Sequence record: PV029541
Reading direction: 5' to 3' (one strand)
DNA length: 64,000 nucleotides
Origin: Escherichia phage PBM-2
A program made the position numbers and the translations under genes. Positions 58,815-64,000 of the stretch are shown one piece after another; the first letter of the stretch is position 1, and every line of letters begins with the position of its first letter. The notes beneath the pieces are model-generated. The model had not been told where the DNA came from. It was given only the letters and a program-made list of their open reading frames with translations, and made no database searches.

Positions 58815-60404
58815 TCACACAATATATGAACGTAGGGGGTTAACACTATCTTCTTCTTCATCGTCCCACATCGGGTCACCCTTGTTATCCACCATAGTCA
58901 TACCTGCCTGTGGTTTCCAGGGATTGAGATAACCCAGCATAGAGATAGTATCAATACAGTCATCCTTACCTTTGATTCCATTAATGGTAGCTAATTTAAT
59001 CTGGTCCATGAACAAACCCATAATAGTTGAATCTCTCAACTCTTCCGGGAAGTACATCTTACCAGCTTTGAACCATGGAACTACCAGGTTAAAGCGTGAC
59101 AGCTTAGAGGTTACAGGACGTATGCCTGGCTTACCACCTTCAGAGGATGCAAAGTTAAAGAAGACATTACGGTTAATCATTTCTTTTTGAAGGAGTGAGA
59201 TGAATCCACCTTGTTGACCTGTGGTTTCGACCCCAACATTTTGTGGTTGGTATTCCTGAACCAGACGGAATAAGTCATCAAAGTTTTTATCCATAAGCTG
59301 ACGATTAGCCACACCATCAACCCAGAACCAATCTCCATTAGAACTATAAGCCCAAACTGAAATGACACTGTAGTCACTGGTCTGTTTCTCCGAAGTAGCA
59401 AAGTCAGTTGTAATGTAATAGTTGTAGCAGGACTTCATCCTTAATAGTTGTTGTCTGCTATACCACCTAATTTCACTATCCTGAACCAGTCTCTCATCTT
59501 CAGAACTAATACGAAGCATAAGTTCCTGATAGAAGCCTGCCAGCTTACCCGTCTTAACTGCCATATCGTATTGGGCTTTGATATAGTCATAAGAGAAACG
59601 GTCATCCCATGCACCCTGAAATTCTTCCCTGCTACAGGGGAACTTCTCGCATACAGGCCATACGTTGACATCCCATGCACCAGACTCAACTGCTTCAATG
59701 ATAATGTCTTCCTTATTAAAGGGAGTACCATTGAAAATTACTTTACGACGGGTTGGGTCAAGAGCATGGTTCACACCTTTATAGACGGTATCCTTAATAG
59801 CTTCCATGCTTGTCTTGGAGTTAGCATCACCATCGCTAATCAAGTCATCCAGTACACAGAGTGTTGGACGTTTACCATATATCTTCGTACCACGAAGACC
59901 TGTCTTAGCACCAAACAACTTAACACCAAGTCGATGTCCTTCTACATTACGGAACTCCAGAAGGTTATCTGTAAATGTAGCCTCAGGTATCCATTGCTGA
60001 AGGAACTCACTATTCTTGTAACGGAACTCAATGTTCTTACGTGCAGACTTAGCACCGTTATCCATTGAGTCAGATACGTAAATCATTCCTTCTACCTTAC
60101 CCAGGCTTGGTAAATGACCAAACACTGCCAGGAACAAAGTAAAGTACTCCATGAACACAGCAGTTTTACCTGCACCACGGAAACACAGGTTAACTACATA
60201 CTGGTTCGGGCTAATCATCTTATCCAACATCTTCAAGTGAACTGGAGGTGTTTTGTTGGATTCACCTTCTTTGCCATTAACCAACTTAATAAAGTTGGCA
60301 AAGGTAAGAGCAAACTGACTAGGAACATAGTTAGATGAATTAAGGTGGGAGTAGTCCACCTGGTCCAGCCATTCATCCAGTTCCTGTTTAATTAACTCAG
60401 ACAT
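58815..60404 (-). CDS. terL: terminase large subunit
   Basis: Walker A CFRGAGKT, Walker B LCVLDD, nuclease-domain acidic residues (YYITTDFA, DDCIDT); ATG 60404 with GAGGA upstream overlaps the upstream stop. Confidence 0.85.
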   Translation of the reverse strand: MSELIKQELDEWLDQVDYSHLNSSNYVPSQFALTFANFIKLVNGKEGESNKTPPVHLKMLDKMISPNQYVVNLCFRGAGKTAVFMEYFTLFLAVFGHLPSLGKVEGMIYVSDSMDNGAKSARKNIEFRYKNSEFLQQWIPEATFTDNLLEFRNVEGHRLGVKLFGAKTGLRGTKIYGKRPTLCVLDDLISDGDANSKTSMEAIKDTVYKGVNHALDPTRRKVIFNGTPFNKEDIIIEAVESGAWDVNVWPVCEKFPCSREEFQGAWDDRFSYDYIKAQYDMAVKTGKLAGFYQELMLRISSEDERLVQDSEIRWYSRQQLLRMKSCYNYYITTDFATSEKQTSDYSVISVWAYSSNGDWFWVDGVANRQLMDKNFDDLFRLVQEYQPQNVGVETTGQQGGFISLLQKEMINRNVFFNFASSEGGKPGIRPVTSKLSRFNLVVPWFKAGKMYFPEELRDSTIMGLFMDQIKLATINGIKGKDDCIDTISMLGYLNPWKPQAGMTMVDNKGDPMWDDEEEDSVNPLRSYIV

Positions 60405-61086
60405 CTGTAATGTCCTCATCTGCACGTACTAGTTTAGAACCAGCAACCTCTTTAGTAGGTACTCCACTATTGATTGCATTAATCTGCTGTTCAGCCAATG
60501 CAGCAAGTGTTGCCTTGAGGTCAGTTAATCCGGAGTTCTCTCTCAAGTCCAGATTGATGTTCGTTACCTGGTCTTTCGGTTTAGCTAAGTGAGTAAGGAT
60601 AGAGTTAGCTGCATCACATCTTACCTTCTCACTTGCTGCTGTAGTCATAAGTTCAACCTGAACGTTGATAGCCTTCTGATAGTTGTCCTGGTTCACAATC
60701 CACACTGGAACCAAACTTTGTTCCATGATGAGGTTAACTAGCTTGCCTCTGTGGTAAGCAGATACATAAGCACTGATATCTTTCTCACTGGTTCCTCGTG
60801 CTACAAGTTCTGCTTGTCGGTTAGGGAATGTCTTAAAGTAGGCTTCCTTATTTGAGTAGCCCATGTGTTTGTAAGTCACATACTGAACTGCATTCATGTA
60901 GTCCTGTGTCTTAAACTTACCTTCCTTCATAACTCCAGAGTAAGAGATGAAGTTTTCACGGAATGCTTCAGCAACCAGTTGGTCTTGGGTAATGTTGTTA
61001 ATTGTGTCCACCAACTCCTGGGTTACACTGTTCTTGAAGTTAGCAGGTAGGGCATTAACAATCTGCTGCTTAGTTAGTTCACTCAT
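60397..61086 (-). CDS. putative terminase small subunit
   Basis: 229-aa ORF immediately upstream of and overlapping terL; assignment by position only. Confidence 0.4.
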   Translation of the reverse strand: MSELTKQQIVNALPANFKNSVTQELVDTINNITQDQLVAEAFRENFISYSGVMKEGKFKTQDYMNAVQYVTYKHMGYSNKEAYFKTFPNRQAELVARGTSEKDISAYVSAYHRGKLVNLIMEQSLVPVWIVNQDNYQKAINVQVELMTTAASEKVRCDAANSILTHLAKPKDQVTNINLDLRENSGLTDLKATLAALAEQQINAINSGVPTKEVAGSKLVRADEDITDV

Positions 61087-61257
61087 ACTTATCTCGCTAC
61101 AAAGTTATGTCTATTAAAGAAGATTCTTTTCTTGGGGTGAGTTACCCCTTGAAGAAACCATACCATACAGTTACACTTTAGTCATGATATAGAAAAAGTT
61201 CATGATACTAAATAGTATGTAATGTTCCGATGACCCTATTCCTAAAAGGAGTAACAT

Positions 61258-61548
61258 TTGAGAATCTATATGAGAGTCCACGACTCCAAAGATGAATACA
61301 AAGAACTAGACCATACCAAGGCTGGTATTCTTTCAGATGATATTATCATTACACATGATGAAGATTCCTACCATGAATTAGCTGGGATGATGCTATTAGA
61401 GAATCGTCCAGGCATTAAGATCTTAGAACCAAGAGAAAGTTACTCTTTAGAAAAGAGACTTTCAGCTCTTGTGTTCTTCACAAAATTACCTCATAGTGTC
61501 TCCGTCAGGCGAAGCAAAGACAGTGTTCGGATGACGGTGATGATGTGA
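61258..61548 (+). CDS. hypothetical early protein
   Basis: 96-aa ORF, TTG start with AAAGGAG 7 nt upstream (alternative ATG at 61270); first + strand gene after the divergent intergenic region. Confidence 0.35.
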   Translation: MRIYMRVHDSKDEYKELDHTKAGILSDDIIITHDEDSYHELAGMMLLENRPGIKILEPRESYSLEKRLSALVFFTKLPHSVSVRRSKDSVRMTVMM

Positions 61549-61696
61549 TTAGTCATGCCGCCTAGTAGACAGTGGCGGTACTCGTAAAGAGTTAATAACT
61601 TCTACAGTCAGAGTTACCCGGCTCCTTTCCTACCTAGTAGGCTAATGATACACATGTATCTAGGGTGATGAACTGACCCGTGATTGAAAACGGTAA

Positions 61697-61732
61697 GGGG
61701 TAGAGTCGAGAGGCTCTACCCCATTTCTTTTT
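61697..61732 (+). terminator. rho-independent terminator
   Basis: GGGGTAGAGTC-GAGAG-GCTCTACCCC 10-bp stem followed by ATTTCTTTTTC. Confidence 0.65.
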
Positions 61733-61748
61733 CAGGAGGTATGCAAAT

Positions 61749-62147
61749 ATGAGCATCTACGCTTTTGATATTGATATTACTGGGATACTTCGTAATCAAG
61801 AACCTTATTACCTTGGGGAACCAGAAGTAGTAAGTAAGTTCATTACCCCATGGCAAACAGTATTCTTACCTGACTGTGAAGAGTCACACGAGGTTATTGG
61901 TTCTCTTTTCCTATCCAACCTGCAACTCAATACTAAGATACTCACTGAACCAAAGGTGTATGACCTCTCCTTTTACAGCGACTTTAGTATGATTTTCCCT
62001 GGTGTTAGGTTCTATAAAATACCTGGTTGGGAATTGATAGCTGACCATAATGTCTTTAATAAAACACTTTCCATTTACTTCAGACCTATTCCTAAAGGAA
62101 GGAAAATTAATCATGAAATTCATAATGACCATCCCCAGTTTTGCTGA
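61749..62147 (+). CDS. hypothetical early protein (paralogue family)
   Basis: 132 aa; shares the motif HEV-G-LFL with the next gene. Confidence 0.45.
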   Translation: MSIYAFDIDITGILRNQEPYYLGEPEVVSKFITPWQTVFLPDCEESHEVIGSLFLSNLQLNTKILTEPKVYDLSFYSDFSMIFPGVRFYKIPGWELIADHNVFNKTLSIYFRPIPKGRKINHEIHNDHPQFC

Positions 62148-62427
62148 AAGGGAATCTATGTATACAACTGACTTCTCTTTAGAAGAAGTAATGAACAGCA
62201 ACCCCCAGCAAGTAATCCTGGTTCCTACCTTAGAGGACTACCATGAAGTAAGGGGACAACTATTCTTAGCAGGTAATGATCGTAAGGTTGTATGTATTAT
62301 TCCACCCTCTGTCTATACCAACTACAGTGCAGGTGACCCTATCCCATATATGTTGGTATCTAATGACTACCAATGGGATAGTCGGTATGTAAATGATGAA
62401 TACTGTTACTACTATATAAGGAAGTAA
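62113..62427 (+). CDS. hypothetical early protein (paralogue family)
   Basis: ATG at 62113 with AGGAAGGAAA upstream; motif YHEVRGQLFLAG parallels SHEVIGSLFLSN in the upstream gene. Confidence 0.45.
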   Translation: MKFIMTIPSFAERESMYTTDFSLEEVMNSNPQQVILVPTLEDYHEVRGQLFLAGNDRKVVCIIPPSVYTNYSAGDPIPYMLVSNDYQWDSRYVNDEYCYYYIRK

Positions 62428-62430
62428 GAT

Positions 62431-62751
62431 ATGCATCTGTATTGCCTTAGTAGCTTTGCTACTACTTGCTATTTGTCTCCATATACATTGGATAATATCC
62501 TGGCAGGTAAGGGGAGAGTTACCACCATCCTGTATGAGCCAAGTGAAGATGCAGATGTGCTCATAGGTACTTGCTTAATGTTGGGGCAACCTATCCAATT
62601 CATTAAGATAGTAGATTCCGTAGAAATACCGGAACACACCAGTGTGTACATATTGTCAGAGAGTGAACCTATGGTAGTAACTACCCTTACTGGTAGACTT
62701 ATTACCCTCTATCCTTCTACCTCATATTTATCTAGCGACGAGAGTCTCTAA
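62431..62751 (+). CDS. hypothetical early protein
   Basis: 106-aa ORF, tightly packed with neighbours. Confidence 0.4.
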   Translation: MHLYCLSSFATTCYLSPYTLDNILAGKGRVTTILYEPSEDADVLIGTCLMLGQPIQFIKIVDSVEIPEHTSVYILSESEPMVVTTLTGRLITLYPSTSYLSSDESL

Positions 62752-63080
62752 TGAAACTAAACACATCACCCTACCCGGTACAGTTAGAAGTAGTATTCGA
62801 CCAGGATACCTTCATTAAAAAGTATAAGAAACTTAAAGGGCATGAGCCAGACTTGGATGGTTGTAAGGGGTATACTTCTTATTCTGGCAATCGAGTATTG
62901 ATTGGTATCTTTAGGGAACCTTTACATACACTCATCCACGAACTCAACCATTTCTGTTTGTGGGCGTTTGACTACATAGGTATGCCTATAAACTCTGCCA
63001 ATAGTGAAGCATATTGCTATTACTATGACCACATCCTCTCCCAGATTCCTTCCTCCTATTTAACTGCTTATAAGGATTAG
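62751..63080 (+). CDS. small HExxH-motif protein (putative mini zinc metallopeptidase)
   Basis: TLIHELNHFCLW contains a HExxH motif in a helix-like context; 109 aa; ATGA overlap with the upstream gene. Confidence 0.4.
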   Translation: MKLNTSPYPVQLEVVFDQDTFIKKYKKLKGHEPDLDGCKGYTSYSGNRVLIGIFREPLHTLIHELNHFCLWAFDYIGMPINSANSEAYCYYYDHILSQIPSSYLTAYKD

Positions 63081-63081
63081 C

Positions 63082-63354
63082 ATGAGATTATATTTCCTAT
63101 CAGATATGGGAAGGTTACATGTAGGAGAGGGTATACTATGGAATTGGATATGTAACAATATTCCCAATGTACCTGTATATGTTCACTCCGATATAGACTA
63201 TCACTGGTTAAGAGGCGAGTGCTTACTTAGAAATATGATAGTTAACTTCATAAAACTAGAACCATGGGATAGGGTATCCGATGTATCTGGCCCATGCTAC
63301 TTCTTAGCAGTTAATGGGCATAGAGCAGAGAAGATGTTATATAGAACTAAATAG
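63082..63354 (+). CDS. hypothetical early protein
   Basis: 90-aa ORF 1 nt after the previous stop. Confidence 0.4.
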   Translation: MRLYFLSDMGRLHVGEGILWNWICNNIPNVPVYVHSDIDYHWLRGECLLRNMIVNFIKLEPWDRVSDVSGPCYFLAVNGHRAEKMLYRTK

Positions 63355-63742
63355 AGGGTAGATAGATACCTTCTCATAATATTTATAAATAAGGCAGAAC
63401 CGGTGACAAGAGTACAATACCTATGAATCCTATAGCGAAGGCACAGGCAATAAAGTGAAGCCAGTTCTCAGGGTCTGTAGGATTGTAATTACCCCAACCA
63501 TCTTTCATGTTAGTACCTCAAAGTTATCTGCTTATAGAGATAGTGCCTATAATATTTTTGTATGTCAAAATTGTGATAGCTATATACAGCAGCAGTGTTG
63601 TGGCTGGGGCTACACCCTTACACTCAACCATCCCCCCCGGTATGTTGACGGTGTAGCCACTACCCTACCCCACCTTACACGTTACACATGCTCCGCATGT
63701 TATGGACATGTCGTCCTATCATCAACTATTGGAGCTATCATC

Positions 63743-64000
63743 ATGACTACTACCGCTACTGTACGTATGACCGCAGGAACTTTACTTGGTACTGTTAACT
63801 CAGCTGCTACTACTGTTGCAGATACATTTGGTACAGCAACTAAAGCAGTAGGTATGCTTAATTCATATGTAAGTACTATGGCAGAGAAACAAGCCATCCG
63901 TACTAAATTAGAAATGCATACCTTTGTTAATAAACTGGCAGAGGAGACAGCTATGACTGAGACTCTGCGTAAGAAAAGTATTGAAGAATTCTGTAAGGAT
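63743..64000 (+). CDS. hypothetical protein, 3'-truncated at window edge
   Basis: ATG at 63743 with GGAG 8 nt upstream; frame remains open to the end of the window. Confidence 0.35.
   Translation, partial: MTTTATVRMTAGTLLGTVNSAATTVADTFGTATKAVGMLNSYVSTMAEKQAIRTKLEMHTFVNKLAEETAMTETLRKKSIEEFCKD

Noticed and set aside
63383-63508. 41-aa hydrophobic ORF on the - strand (MKDGWGNYNPTDPENWLHFIACAFAIGFIGIVLLSPVLPYL) with GAGGT upstream
   Set aside because: Too short to call with confidence and opposite in orientation to all neighbouring genes; kept only as a note.
63520-63600. Sigma70-like promoter candidate (TTGTAT, 17 bp, TATATA)
   Set aside because: AT-rich context makes chance matches likely; no way to confirm without transcript mapping.

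Overview
The window looks like most of an N4-like podophage genome (Schitoviridae-type architecture). All calls below come from reading the ORF translations and the DNA by eye; no database search, tRNA scan or folding program was run. Four blocks: (i) 1-23.7 kb, + strand: nucleotide-metabolism and replication genes (MoxR-like AAA ATPase with a vWA/HExxH partner, dCTP deaminase-like, ThyX-like thymidylate synthase, rIIA/rIIB-like, Dda-like helicase, family A DNA polymerase, PD-(D/E)xK nuclease, a free-standing HNH-AP2 homing endonuclease, primase-like protein, SSB-like protein, RuvC-like resolvase). (ii) 23.7-27.2 kb: an accessory island with a hairpin-rich non-coding stretch of about 0.7 kb, a cluster of tRNA and tRNA-like genes, and three small + strand genes, the last ending in a DUF2829 (Tad2-like) domain. 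(iii) 27.2-61.1 kb, - strand: giant virion RNA polymerase (about 3450 aa), virion proteins, major capsid protein, scaffold-like protein, portal, lysis cassette (SAR-type GH108 muramidase, embedded Rz/Rz1 spanins, holin candidate), tailspike genes with C-terminal intramolecular-chaperone domains, large terminase. (iv) 61.1-64 kb, + strand: small early-type genes including paralogues and a mini HExxH protein. The most interesting candidates are the Tad2-like fusion protein, the irregular tRNA-like cluster with its upstream hairpin region, and a possible frameshift-split sialidase-like tailspike.
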